DNA of 64,000 nucleotides from an uncultured Coriobacteriia bacterium (lineage in GTDB: Bacteria > Actinomycetota > Coriobacteriia > Coriobacteriales > QAMH01). This document shows, piece by piece, positions 19,463 to 28,431 of the stretch. The stretch is from the NCBI GenBank assembly GCA_959608885.1, contig CAUHSG010000003.1, positions 66,470 through 130,469 of the forward strand. Direction: 5' to 3'. The position numbers and the translations under genes were made by a program. Under the pieces are notes generated by a model. That model worked only from the letters and a program-made list of their open reading frames with translations, did no database searches and was not told the origin of the DNA. How positions within the stretch are numbered: position 1 is the first letter of the stretch; each line of letters opens with the position of its first letter.

Positions 19463-20776
19463 ATGACGGGCGGAAGTTCCTCATCCGCGCATGGTGGGCC
19501 AGAGCTTTCCCGACGCGATTTCCTGCGTTTGGGTGGCGGCGCGCTCGCCTGCGCGACGGCACTCGGTGCACCTGCGGTGCTCGCGGGTTGCTCCGGCAAT
19601 TCGGGCAGCGATAGACCCGCTACTCTCGAGGTGTCAACGAATGCCGTCGTCACGCTCGACGCCTTTGCCGAAATAGAGGACACGACCGGCTACTTCGAGG
19701 TCAAGGATCTCGCGCAATATCCCAAGGGAACCATGCTCTTCGCGTCCGAGGACGTGACGGCTGCCGCATTGCTGACGGGTGAGACGGCTTCGCCGCTGTC
19801 GACATGCTCGCTCGTCAACCTCGAGATCGGTGTCATGACGCCGGCGCTCGATCGCGCGGTCAACCATGATATGGGCTACAGCATATTCGCCGTGCGCGCA
19901 TCCAAAGAGCTGCTTGTCTGGGTCGAGAACAACTACCTGACCTCGGACTGGATGGTGTATTGCGCATCGATTTCGAATGGCGCTTTGAGCGGTCAGCCCG
20001 TCAAACTCGACGAGGGAAACGGCGAATACGACACTCCCGAGATTGCGGTCATCGGCACCGCCGCATATTGGATCGTGCAGCCCGCCGAGAACGGCCCGCG
20101 CACGACGGAGAACTCGTACCTGCGCGTTGCCGCGGGCGGGTCACGCTCGTCGGACCTGATCACGTCGGAGGGTCGTTTCAACGGGGGGCTTTCCGTGAGC
20201 GGGCAGATTCTCACCGCGATGCCGAGAGCCAAGGCCTCGAGCGGTGTGTACTACGAGCTTGCGGCAGTTTCCGCAGGGTCGGGTTCGATTGTCGCCACCC
20301 AGGTGATGCCGCACTCCTTCCGTCCCTCCAACGCCATCTACATGAATAATGCCTTTGCCTTCACGATTCCCGCATCCTATGACTATGGCGGTGGTATCGC
20401 GAACGTCGGCACCTATTACCCGATAGCAGGCGATTCATGGCTGCGGCTCGCGCGCCAATCACTCACGCCACCGGGCATCTGCAATGGTTGGTTGTTCGCG
20501 AAATCGAGCTCGCGCACGGTCTTTATCGATACACGCAACCAGCAGTATTTCGTCGTCGACGCCCCTGACGGCTGCACGGATTATGGCGACTATTCGGTAT
20601 GCACGGGAGAGGTTGCGCGCGTTTGCAACTACGCCACCGTCAACAAGTACGTGGGCGCCGAGAGGACGACGCAGGTCGTGCTGCGTTCGATTACTCCCAT
20701 CGCCGCGGGAACGACACCCGCGCCGCCGGCGACCGAGCCTGCGGCTGACCCGACGGGCGAGCCGGCCGAAAGCTAA
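19463..20776 (+). CDS. Secreted lipoprotein of unknown function (Tat signal + lipobox)
   Basis: 437 aa. SRRDFLRLGGGALA twin-arginine motif followed by the LAGC lipobox. Pro/Thr/Ala-rich C-terminal tail. ATG abuts the preceding stop. Confidence 0.7.
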   Translation: MTGGSSSSAHGGPELSRRDFLRLGGGALACATALGAPAVLAGCSGNSGSDRPATLEVSTNAVVTLDAFAEIEDTTGYFEVKDLAQYPKGTMLFASEDVTAAALLTGETASPLSTCSLVNLEIGVMTPALDRAVNHDMGYSIFAVRASKELLVWVENNYLTSDWMVYCASISNGALSGQPVKLDEGNGEYDTPEIAVIGTAAYWIVQPAENGPRTTENSYLRVAAGGSRSSDLITSEGRFNGGLSVSGQILTAMPRAKASSGVYYELAAVSAGSGSIVATQVMPHSFRPSNAIYMNNAFAFTIPASYDYGGGIANVGTYYPIAGDSWLRLARQSLTPPGICNGWLFAKSSSRTVFIDTRNQQYFVVDAPDGCTDYGDYSVCTGEVARVCNYATVNKYVGAERTTQVVLRSITPIAAGTTPAPPATEPAADPTGEPAES

Positions 20777-20879
20777 CTGGTGATAGACGCGACCTGTGCT
20801 CTTCGTGTTGGCAAACCTGACGCGAACGGCGTGCAATGGTACACTGCCAAGATGGAAGAAAACCGAAAGGAGTCTCATC

Positions 20880-21611
20880 GTGGACACCGGTTCCGAAGCT
20901 CGTCGCATTCTACTTGTCGAAGACGAAAAGAATATCCGTGATGCGGTGGCAGCGTACCTCGAGCGCGCTGGTTACTGGGTCACGCCTGCTGCAGATGGCC
21001 AGGAGGCTGTCGACGCGTTCTCCCTACATCAGTTCGATCTCGTCATCCTGGATCTCATGCTTCCGCGTCTTCCGGGTGAGAAGGTCTGCCGTATCATCCG
21101 TGACACCTCCGACGTCCCCATCATCATGCTTACTGCCAAGGGCGAGGTCGAGGATCGTATCGTTGGCCTCGAGCTTGGTGCCGACGACTACCTCATCAAG
21201 CCCTTCTCTCCGCGCGAGCTGGTTGCGCGCGTCCGTGCCCTGCTGCGCCGTGCTCACATCGACTCCGAGCCGCAGCGCGAGGTGCTCGACTTCGGTGGCC
21301 TCACCATCGACCTCAACGGCCACAAGGTTCTCGTCAACGACGAGGAGGTTGACCTCACGGCCAGCGAGTTTAAGCTGCTCACGACCCTGGCGCGCTATCC
21401 GGGTCGCGTCTATTCGCGCATGGAGCTCGTCGAGAAGGTTCTCGGCTACGACTTCGAGGGCTACGAGCGCACGATCGACAGTCACGTGAAGAACCTACGC
21501 GCCAAGATCGGCGACGACCCGCGCAATCCCCGTTGGATTTACACCGTGCATGGCGTGGGCTATCGCTTCGAGGTGCCCCGAGACGGCGAAGCAGCCGATC
21601 AAGAGGCGTAA
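20880..21611 (+). CDS. OmpR/PhoB-family response regulator
   Basis: ORF trimmed to GTG 20880 behind GAAAGGAG. Receiver (ILLVEDE...DLVILDLMLP...TAKG) plus winged-helix output (TVHGVGYRF). Confidence 0.9.
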   Translation: MDTGSEARRILLVEDEKNIRDAVAAYLERAGYWVTPAADGQEAVDAFSLHQFDLVILDLMLPRLPGEKVCRIIRDTSDVPIIMLTAKGEVEDRIVGLELGADDYLIKPFSPRELVARVRALLRRAHIDSEPQREVLDFGGLTIDLNGHKVLVNDEEVDLTASEFKLLTTLARYPGRVYSRMELVEKVLGYDFEGYERTIDSHVKNLRAKIGDDPRNPRWIYTVHGVGYRFEVPRDGEAADQEA

Positions 21612-21617
21612 GGATTC

Positions 21618-22937
21618 ATGAAGGACAAGCGTAAGACCCGCGAGAAGAAACCTCTCTCGTTTGCCATCTACGTCATGGGGGCATTTTTGCTCACGGCCGC
21701 CATGACCGTGCTCATCACTGCCGCGGCCATCGCGATTGTCTGGAATGTGGGCTACGCCGGCGAGCCGAGTGACGAGGATCTCTTCTTCGCGGTTTTTGCC
21801 GCCGGAGCCATCGCGCTCGTTCTCTCCATCATTCTCGGCATCTATTTCGCTGTCGGCATCGCGCGTCCCATCCAGCGCATTTCGGATACCGCCTCGGCAA
21901 TCAAGGAAGGTAACCTTTCGGCGCGCACCGGGCTTTCAGGTGATGATCAGCTCGGACAGCTTGGCCAGCGCTTCGACGAGATGGCCGACGCCATCGAGCG
22001 TGATCGCGACCTCGAACGTCAGCTCATCGGCGACGTGGCCCATGAGCTGCGCACGCCGCTCATGGCCATCCAGGCAACGGTCGAGGCCATCCAAGACGGC
22101 GTCTTCGCGGCCGATGAGGAGCATCTCAACACCATCTCGTTCGAGACGCGACGGCTAGGGCGTCTGGTCGAGGCGTTGCTGCATCTCAATCGCCTCGAGA
22201 ATGGTACAACCGAGGTCAAGCGTGATCTCGTTAATCTCAGTAGCGTGGTCAGCGGTCTGTCGACAACGCACGAAGCCCTGCTCGAGACCTCTGGCATCAT
22301 GTTCTTCACCGATGTCGCGCCCGACGTGATGATCATTGGCGACCAGGATCTCATCTCGCAGGCCGTCGCCAACCTCCTCTCCAATGCCGTGCGCTATACG
22401 CCCGAAAACGGCATGGTCACCGTCGAACTTGCCCGCGAAAACGGGTATGCGAGGATTTCGGTGCGCGATACGGGCGTCGGCATTGCCGAAGAGGACATGA
22501 AGAAGGTCTTTTCGCGCTTCTGGCGCGCCGATGTCGCTCGTCAGAGCGTCGATGGCGGTCTGGGCATCGGCCTGGCACTCGTCAAGGAGGTCGTTGACCA
22601 GCACTTTGGCGATGTTTCGGTGTCGTCCACACTCGGCGAGGGTAGCACCTTCGTCATGCGCATTCCGCTTGCTCCCGAAGATCATGTCAAGCCCATGACT
22701 CCCCATGCGCGCAAGAGCAGCTCGCGTCGCCGTCAGGAACGCGCCGCACGCAAGGAGCAGGAGAAGGCTCGCAAGATTGAGGAACGCCAGATGAAGGCTC
22801 GCCGCAAGGCACGCGAGGCGGGTGCCGGTATAAGCGCGACTCAGGAACTCAAGCTTTTCGGGCTGCACGTCTCGCTGCCCGCAACAAGACAACAAGAACA
22901 GCAAACGAGGGACAAGGAAGATGGTACTCATGAGTGA
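21618..22937 (+). CDS. Sensor histidine kinase (2 TM, HAMP, HisKA, HATPase) with Lys/Arg-rich C-terminal tail
   Basis: 439 aa. H-box HELRTPL, N-box LLSNAVRYTP, G-boxes DTGVGI and GGLGIGLALV. The last ~70 aa are a basic low-complexity tail. Confidence 0.9.
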   Translation: MKDKRKTREKKPLSFAIYVMGAFLLTAAMTVLITAAAIAIVWNVGYAGEPSDEDLFFAVFAAGAIALVLSIILGIYFAVGIARPIQRISDTASAIKEGNLSARTGLSGDDQLGQLGQRFDEMADAIERDRDLERQLIGDVAHELRTPLMAIQATVEAIQDGVFAADEEHLNTISFETRRLGRLVEALLHLNRLENGTTEVKRDLVNLSSVVSGLSTTHEALLETSGIMFFTDVAPDVMIIGDQDLISQAVANLLSNAVRYTPENGMVTVELARENGYARISVRDTGVGIAEEDMKKVFSRFWRADVARQSVDGGLGIGLALVKEVVDQHFGDVSVSSTLGEGSTFVMRIPLAPEDHVKPMTPHARKSSSRRRQERAARKEQEKARKIEERQMKARRKAREAGAGISATQELKLFGLHVSLPATRQQEQQTRDKEDGTHE

Positions 22938-23811
22938 AATGGCAATGCGTCCTGATTCGCAAGGCAAGGTCCGCGATTTGTACGACCTGGGAGACCAGCT
23001 TCTCATCGTCGCGACCGACCGCATCTCGGCTTTCGACTACATCCTCAAGGACGAGATTCCCTACAAGGGCGAGGTGCTGACGCGTCTGTCGCTCTTCTGG
23101 TTCGACCTGCTTGCGGACATCATTCCCAACCACCTGATTTCCGCGGACGTCACCGACCTTCCCGAGAAGTTCAAGCCGTATGCCGAGTGGCTCAACGGGC
23201 GCTTCATGCTCGTGCGCAAGGCCGAGATGTTTCCCGTCGAGTGCATCGTGCGTGGCTACCTTGCCGGCAGCGGTCTCAAGGAGTATCGCAAGCAAGGTAC
23301 CGTTTGCGGCATTGAGCTGCCGGCTGGTCTCGTCGAGGCAAGCAAGCTGCCCGCGCCCATCTATACGCCTTCCACCAAGGCCGAGATCGGTGACCACGAC
23401 GAGAACGTGAGCTATGAGCGCACGGTCGAGATGCTTGGCGAGAAGGATGCGAGCGCCCTGCGCGATGCGTCGCTTTCCGTCTACAAGAAGGCTGCCGATT
23501 ACGCTGCCCAGCATGGCATCATCATTGCCGACACCAAGTTCGAGTTCGGCATGATCGATGGTACGCTCACGCTGGCTGACGAGGTGCTCACGCCGGATTC
23601 GTCGCGTTTCTGGCCGGAAGATGCCTACGAACCCGGCAAGAGTCAGGCGAGTTTCGACAAGCAATTCGTGCGCGACTGGCTCGATGCCAACTGGGATCGT
23701 ACGGGCGAGCCGCCACAGCTGCCAGCCGACATCATCGAGGCAACGTCGAACAAGTACATCCAGGCCTACGAACTCATCACGGGCCAGCGTTTCGTTCCCG
23801 CGAATCTGTAG
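22921..23811 (+). CDS. purC: Phosphoribosylaminoimidazole-succinocarboxamide (SAICAR) synthase
   Basis: GKVRDLYDLGD..LLIVATDRISAFD signature. Start uncertain: in-frame ATGs at 22921, 22930, 22939 and 22945. The first two overlap the kinase gene end. Confidence 0.9.
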   Translation: MVLMSEMAMRPDSQGKVRDLYDLGDQLLIVATDRISAFDYILKDEIPYKGEVLTRLSLFWFDLLADIIPNHLISADVTDLPEKFKPYAEWLNGRFMLVRKAEMFPVECIVRGYLAGSGLKEYRKQGTVCGIELPAGLVEASKLPAPIYTPSTKAEIGDHDENVSYERTVEMLGEKDASALRDASLSVYKKAADYAAQHGIIIADTKFEFGMIDGTLTLADEVLTPDSSRFWPEDAYEPGKSQASFDKQFVRDWLDANWDRTGEPPQLPADIIEATSNKYIQAYELITGQRFVPANL

Positions 23812-23889
23812 ATACGGCGGCCGCGCGTGCGGCCATACGTTGTATCATAGGCATTTACACATCACAGGCATTCGAAAGGCGATTGACGA

Positions 23890-24546
23890 ATGACGCAGCG
23901 CAATTTCCAGAACGCACGCAACCAGGGCGACGGCCCCAAGGGCAAGTCGAAGAAGTCGGCAAGCTCCGCGAAGCTCAAGAGCAAAGCCGGCGCATCGGTA
24001 TACGCTCCCTCCAAGGAGGCCAAGGCCAAGCGTGCAAAGCAGGAAGCCAAGGCGAAGAGGAACCAGCCCGTCGAGGCAAAGGCGAACGATCCGATCGAGC
24101 AGCAGCGCCGTCGCGAGCGCGCGATGGTCTCGATGATGCGTGATTTGCCAGAGTACAAGTTCTGGCGTCGCATCTGGTGGATTGCCATGGGTATTGCGTT
24201 TGTCGTCATCATCCTCACCTGGCTCCCCAGCATGCTCATCAGCTCTGGCGTGCTGAGCGAGGACTTCAAGGAGACGGCAAGTTGGATTTCCACCGTTGGC
24301 TTCATCTTCGCAATTGTCGCCTTGATACTCGCCTTCTACATTGACCTCCGCAAGATTCGCAAGATTCAAAAGGCGCAAGAGGCCAAGGCTCGCAATCTCA
24401 CTAAGTCCGAGCGCCAGGAGCTCGACAAGGCCATCGCCGCGTCCATCGAGCGTGACCAGCAAAGGCGCGCGGAGCGCAAGGGCAAAATGCCCTGGGGCAA
24501 GAAGAAGACACAGGCGACTGTCGAGGACACGCCAAGCGAAGAGTAA
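23890..24546 (+). CDS. Hypothetical membrane protein with Lys/Ala-rich termini
   Basis: 218 aa. Two central hydrophobic helices flanked by basic low-complexity segments (KGKSKKSASSAKLKSK..., KAQEAKARNLTK...). No family recognised. Confidence 0.6.
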   Translation: MTQRNFQNARNQGDGPKGKSKKSASSAKLKSKAGASVYAPSKEAKAKRAKQEAKAKRNQPVEAKANDPIEQQRRRERAMVSMMRDLPEYKFWRRIWWIAMGIAFVVIILTWLPSMLISSGVLSEDFKETASWISTVGFIFAIVALILAFYIDLRKIRKIQKAQEAKARNLTKSERQELDKAIAASIERDQQRRAERKGKMPWGKKKTQATVEDTPSEE

Positions 24547-24558
24547 ATAGGAGACGCG

Positions 24559-26001
24559 ATGCTGCTCACCGCGAAATACGTCATTCCCATTACGTCGCCC
24601 TACATCGAGGACGGCGCCGTTCTCGTGCGCGATGACAAGGTTCTCGATTTGGGCACTGCGTCCCAGCTCAAGGACAAGTATCCGATGGAAGAAGTACGCG
24701 ATTTCGGCCTGTCCGTGCTCATGCCCGGATTCATCGACGTGCACACGCACCTTGGATACACGGCGCTGCGCGGCATGTTCGGCGATCTGCCCTATGCCGA
24801 GTGGAAACGCCGCGTCTTGCACACGGAGCCCTTCTTCACCGAGGAAGACTGGATTGACTCGGCGCGCGTTGGTGCACTCGAGGCTGTGGCCAGTGGCATT
24901 ACGACGATTGCGGATATTTCCGCATCGGGCGTCTCGCTTGTCCCCGCCAAGGAGATGGGCCTGCGCGCGCGTGTGTACTACGAAGTCTTGACCACGCAGA
25001 AGGAGCATGCCGAAGATGTCGTGCGCGAAGGCGTGGAGAAGATCGAGCGCTGGAAGGACGAATACGGAAGCGATTTGCTCGACTTCGGCCTTGCTCCCGG
25101 CCCTGTCTATGGTTGTCATCCGAGCGTCTTTCAGGCTATCGCCGATGTGGCGATCGAGAAGGACATTCCCGTAGCCATGCATCTGGCAGGAAGCCAGGAA
25201 GAGGCCGACTTCATCCGCTACGGTTCCTCTCCGTTTAGCGTTCACGTGAGCGAGCACGAGCAGGGCAAGCTTGCCGCTGCCTATCCGCCCTGGTTGCCCG
25301 CAGGCACCTCGCCTGTGAGCTACGTGAGCAACTGGGGCATACTCGACGTGCCTGGCATCCTTGCAATTCACTGTGTGCATGTTGATGATCGGGACATCGG
25401 CATCCTCAGGGACAAGCAGGTGCGCATCGGCTATTGTCCGCGCATCAACGCCAAGCTCGGCATGGGCTCAATGCCACTCGAAAAGTTCTGGGCGGCAGGT
25501 CTTACCATCGGCTTGGGCACTGACTCGCCGGCGGCTGTCGATACGACTGACATGATTGACGAGATGCGCATCGGCCTCATGATCACCCGCGCGACGAGTT
25601 CTGAGCGCTTCGTGCAAGCATCAGCGAAGAACGCCCTGCGCATGGCGACGATTGGATCTGCGCGCGCACTGGGTATCGAGGATAAGGTCGGGTCGCTCGA
25701 GCCGGGCAAGCAGGCAGACATCATCGCCATCGATTTGCATAATTCGCACCAGAACCCCACGACCGATCCGGAGAGTGCCGTTATCTACACGGCCAACCAG
25801 GACAACGTCAAGATGACTATGGTTGCCGGACGCATCCTCTACGACAACTTCGTCCACGTGTCGGGGTGTGATCGCGACGCGATTATCGACCGAGCGCGCG
25901 CCCTGCGTGTACGCATACGCGAGGAAGTCAGCGACGATGCGCTGCACAGGTCGCTCATAGAGCATGCAACGCAAGACGAACGAGACCGCTACAACAGATA
26001 G
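24559..26001 (+). CDS. Amidohydrolase-superfamily deaminase/chlorohydrolase-like protein (MtaD/SsnA-like)
   Basis: 480 aa. Metal-binding GFIDVHTHL near the N-terminus, later HLAGS and GLGTDS motifs typical of the cytosine/MTA deaminase branch. Confidence 0.85.
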   Translation: MLLTAKYVIPITSPYIEDGAVLVRDDKVLDLGTASQLKDKYPMEEVRDFGLSVLMPGFIDVHTHLGYTALRGMFGDLPYAEWKRRVLHTEPFFTEEDWIDSARVGALEAVASGITTIADISASGVSLVPAKEMGLRARVYYEVLTTQKEHAEDVVREGVEKIERWKDEYGSDLLDFGLAPGPVYGCHPSVFQAIADVAIEKDIPVAMHLAGSQEEADFIRYGSSPFSVHVSEHEQGKLAAAYPPWLPAGTSPVSYVSNWGILDVPGILAIHCVHVDDRDIGILRDKQVRIGYCPRINAKLGMGSMPLEKFWAAGLTIGLGTDSPAAVDTTDMIDEMRIGLMITRATSSERFVQASAKNALRMATIGSARALGIEDKVGSLEPGKQADIIAIDLHNSHQNPTTDPESAVIYTANQDNVKMTMVAGRILYDNFVHVSGCDRDAIIDRARALRVRIREEVSDDALHRSLIEHATQDERDRYNR

Positions 26002-26008
26002 GGTCATC

Positions 26009-26194
26009 ATGTCAAACAAGAACAAGTCTTTTCAGAAGAACAAGCAGCAAAAGCTCGAGCAGGAGCTGGCGGCTCAGTATCGTCGCGAGCAGCGTGACCG
26101 TCGTACGAAGCTCCTCAAGACCATCGGCATCACCATTCTTTCGGTGCTCCTGATTATCTCGTTCTGCTTCCCGGCATTCACGATGCTCTGGTAA
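26009..26194 (+). CDS. Small basic single-TM protein (hypothetical)
   Basis: ORF 25964..26194 trimmed to MSNKNK. Basic N-terminus followed by one hydrophobic helix (ITILSVLLIISFCFPAF). Weak evidence. Confidence 0.4.
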   Translation: MSNKNKSFQKNKQQKLEQELAAQYRREQRDRRTKLLKTIGITILSVLLIISFCFPAFTMLW

Positions 26195-26201
26195 GAGGCG
26201 C

Positions 26202-26350
26202 CCCCCGCACTCCGCAGGCGGCACTCGTATCGAGACAGCAAAGACCCAAAGCTGCTGCGCAACTCGCACGCCCTATGGGCGTGCTCAGACAGTGCTCGCA
26301 AATCGCTTTGGGTCTTTGCTGTCTCACTCGCGAGCCTGCGTCGTGCGGGG
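26202..26350. repeat. Nested palindromic element (cruciform-capable)
   Basis: Perfect 21-nt inverted repeat GAGACAGCAAAGACCCAAAGC (26232-26252) / GCTTTGGGTCTTTGCTGTCTC (26305-26325). Inner hairpin GCACGCCC-tat-GGGCGTGC (26266-26284). Imperfect outer arms CCCCCGCAC..CGCAGGC (26202-26219 / 26333-26350). Confidence 0.6.
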
Positions 26351-26483
26351 GCTGGCCAGTAGGGGACGGAGGGCGACCAGGAGGTCTCCCCTACAGGCGC
26401 TTGACGTGTGCGCTCCGTCGTCCTGAGCGGGGCGCCGCAAGGCGCGAAGTCGAAGGACCTCACGACGGGCTGCAGCTCGATCT

Positions 26484-27275
26484 CTACGAGGGCATGAGCG
26501 AAGCGCTATTTCCTCCCAGGTCGGCAGCGGTCTCCTCCTGCATGGACTTCCATGCCTCCTGTCGCTTCGCCAGCACTGCGCGAACCTCGGGGTCGTCGCT
26601 GAGTGCCGGTGGCGTCCAGGGCATCTCCCCAAGCGCGCGGACCACATCGCCAATCTTGCCATAGGGGATCGAGATAATCTGGAGCCCCGCCGGGTAGGTC
26701 TGCCGTCGTGACATGCCATGCCCCATGCCGCTGGTAATCGTGTTGACCTTGTCCTTGACGTAGGGATACGAGTACATCCATGCGCATGAGAGCACGGGTG
26801 AGGTCTTCGATTCCCACAGGTCTCCCGAGTAGTACGAGGTTGCGCGCATGAGGATGGTCGCCTGTTGCGTGTTTGCTACGCAGATGACGAGATCGGGGTC
26901 GAATTCGCAGGTCGCGACTGGGGAGAAGCTCACGTAGTTCACCGATCCGCGCGGCAGCGTCTCAATCTGCGTGTAGAGGCGCGCGTTGGGCGCCTGGGTC
27001 TTGAAGATCTCGAAGTCCTTGCCCGCCTGGCCGCTCGCTGCGAAGCTGGGCTTGTCGATCATTCCCAGAATCATGGTGCCGAAGCAGGTGTCGTCCTCTG
27101 CGGTTGTGTAGAAGCTCTCCCCGGTTGTCTGTGCTCGCTTGACGAACTGGCAGAAGGCGTCTCGCTCCTTTACGCGCTCGAGGCCCTCGGGCTTTGCATA
27201 GCTGAACTTGATGGCGACGGGCGGGAACTCCATATCGAGCTTCGCGAGCGTGTCCTTTGCTTCCTGGCTGAGCAT
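26484..27275 (-). CDS. DUF169 domain-containing protein
   Basis: ORF trimmed to ATG 27275 (MLSQEAKD...) behind GGAAAGGA. PVAIKF...FCQFV...DLVICVANTQQATILMRA... pattern matches DUF169 as I remember it. Confidence 0.8.
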   Translation of the reverse strand: MLSQEAKDTLAKLDMEFPPVAIKFSYAKPEGLERVKERDAFCQFVKRAQTTGESFYTTAEDDTCFGTMILGMIDKPSFAASGQAGKDFEIFKTQAPNARLYTQIETLPRGSVNYVSFSPVATCEFDPDLVICVANTQQATILMRATSYYSGDLWESKTSPVLSCAWMYSYPYVKDKVNTITSGMGHGMSRRQTYPAGLQIISIPYGKIGDVVRALGEMPWTPPALSDDPEVRAVLAKRQEAWKSMQEETAADLGGNSASLMPS

Positions 27276-27379
27276 GTGGTGTCCTTTCCGAATATCGGTC
27301 GGTACGCGGCAGAATATAGCATGCACATGCACTTCGCGTTAGTGGAAGATGCCTGGATAAAAGGTGCTAATTGAATGTG

Positions 27380-28153
27380 TCACTTGCCGTCGAACAGGTT
27401 CTTCAGCTGAACGCGATTGTTGACGTTGAGCTTGCGATACGCGTTGTAGACATGCTTCTTCACGGTCGAAAGTGATATGTAGAGCTTCTCAACGATTTGC
27501 TGTTCGGAGTCCCCGTCAAGCACATGCTCGATGACCTCACGCTCGCGAAGAGTGAGACCGGCTTGCTCGATGATGCTCTGCGCGCAGGGAGTGCTCGTGC
27601 GCCAGCGTTCTTCCTCGAGCAAACTTGCAAGCTTGAGGGCGATATGTGGTGCCATCAGGTTTGCAATGCGCACATCTCGGTTGGTGAATTCGCTCTCTGC
27701 CTTGGTGTTGAACAACGCGATTTCTCCGATGACGGCATTATCGTGCGAGAGTAGCGCGCGCAATGCATAGGTAAGGCCCTCTGGCTTGTAGATTTCGTTC
27801 CAGACGGGGGAGCTCTCGCGCACGTCCTCTGGAATCATGTCCCTGTCGCGGAAGGCATAGCTTGCTGTCTTGAGGTACAAGCCGTCATAGTACGGGTCTT
27901 CATCGTAGTTGTCGGTGAATTTCTCGATGAGATGTGCTGGAGCGCCAACGATTACGGGACGACTTGAGCGAGCGATGCCATGCTCCATCTTGATCATGGA
28001 AAACGTGCCCTGGTAACTTGGCGTCAGGGAGCGCAGGCAAGAGAGCGTTTCGTACTGTAGCTTCTCGACGCTGGAGGTGGTGTTGATGCGATAGATACTG
28101 TCGAGCATGAACTGCCAGTCGCGTTCATGAAGTTGTGCGTCATCGTTGGTCAT
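27380..28153 (-). CDS. LuxR-family transcriptional regulator with N-terminal sensory (GAF-like) region
   Basis: 257 aa. C-terminal LuxR/FixJ HTH LTLREREVIEHVLDGDSEQQIVEKLYISLSTVKKHVYNAYRKLNVNNRVQL. No receiver domain. Confidence 0.85.
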   Translation of the reverse strand: MTNDDAQLHERDWQFMLDSIYRINTTSSVEKLQYETLSCLRSLTPSYQGTFSMIKMEHGIARSSRPVIVGAPAHLIEKFTDNYDEDPYYDGLYLKTASYAFRDRDMIPEDVRESSPVWNEIYKPEGLTYALRALLSHDNAVIGEIALFNTKAESEFTNRDVRIANLMAPHIALKLASLLEEERWRTSTPCAQSIIEQAGLTLREREVIEHVLDGDSEQQIVEKLYISLSTVKKHVYNAYRKLNVNNRVQLKNLFDGK

Positions 28154-28431
28154 TTGAGATCGTAGTCTCCCTTCGCGAGCTAATTATAGGTTACGAACTA
28201 CGAAGTCTCTTTGTGCAATGTGCATCATTTCGACTAAGTTCTACTCATTTGTATAACCATTCTTCCGAATTTGCGCAAGGCTTTCCAAAATCGAATGCAA
28301 TCTGCTTTCAAATCAACTTATTTCAATCTTCGAATCCATTTAAGAAATGTGGAGAACCCATGAAAATCAGGCCTCGTTGTTCCAAAGCGACGAGCGCCAT
28401 TACGAAAGTGCGCTCAGGAAAAGGAGGGAAC
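28154..28431. promoter_or_regulatory. A+T-rich divergent promoter region between the LuxR gene and the C45 hydrolase gene
   Basis: 278 nt, clearly more A+T-rich than the flanks. Contains related half-sites AATCGAATGCAATC and CAATCTTCGAATCC. No operator proven. Confidence 0.35.

Noticed and set aside
23845-25380. 511-aa minus-strand ORF antisense to the hypothetical membrane protein and amidohydrolase genes
   Set aside because: No motifs, and it spans a plus-strand intergenic gap. The amidohydrolase on the plus strand has clear metal-binding motifs.
28135-28431. 99-codon 5' extension of the C45 hydrolase ORF
   Set aside because: It overlaps the LuxR start and the A+T-rich promoter region. 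A strong AAGGAGGG RBS precedes ATG 28432.
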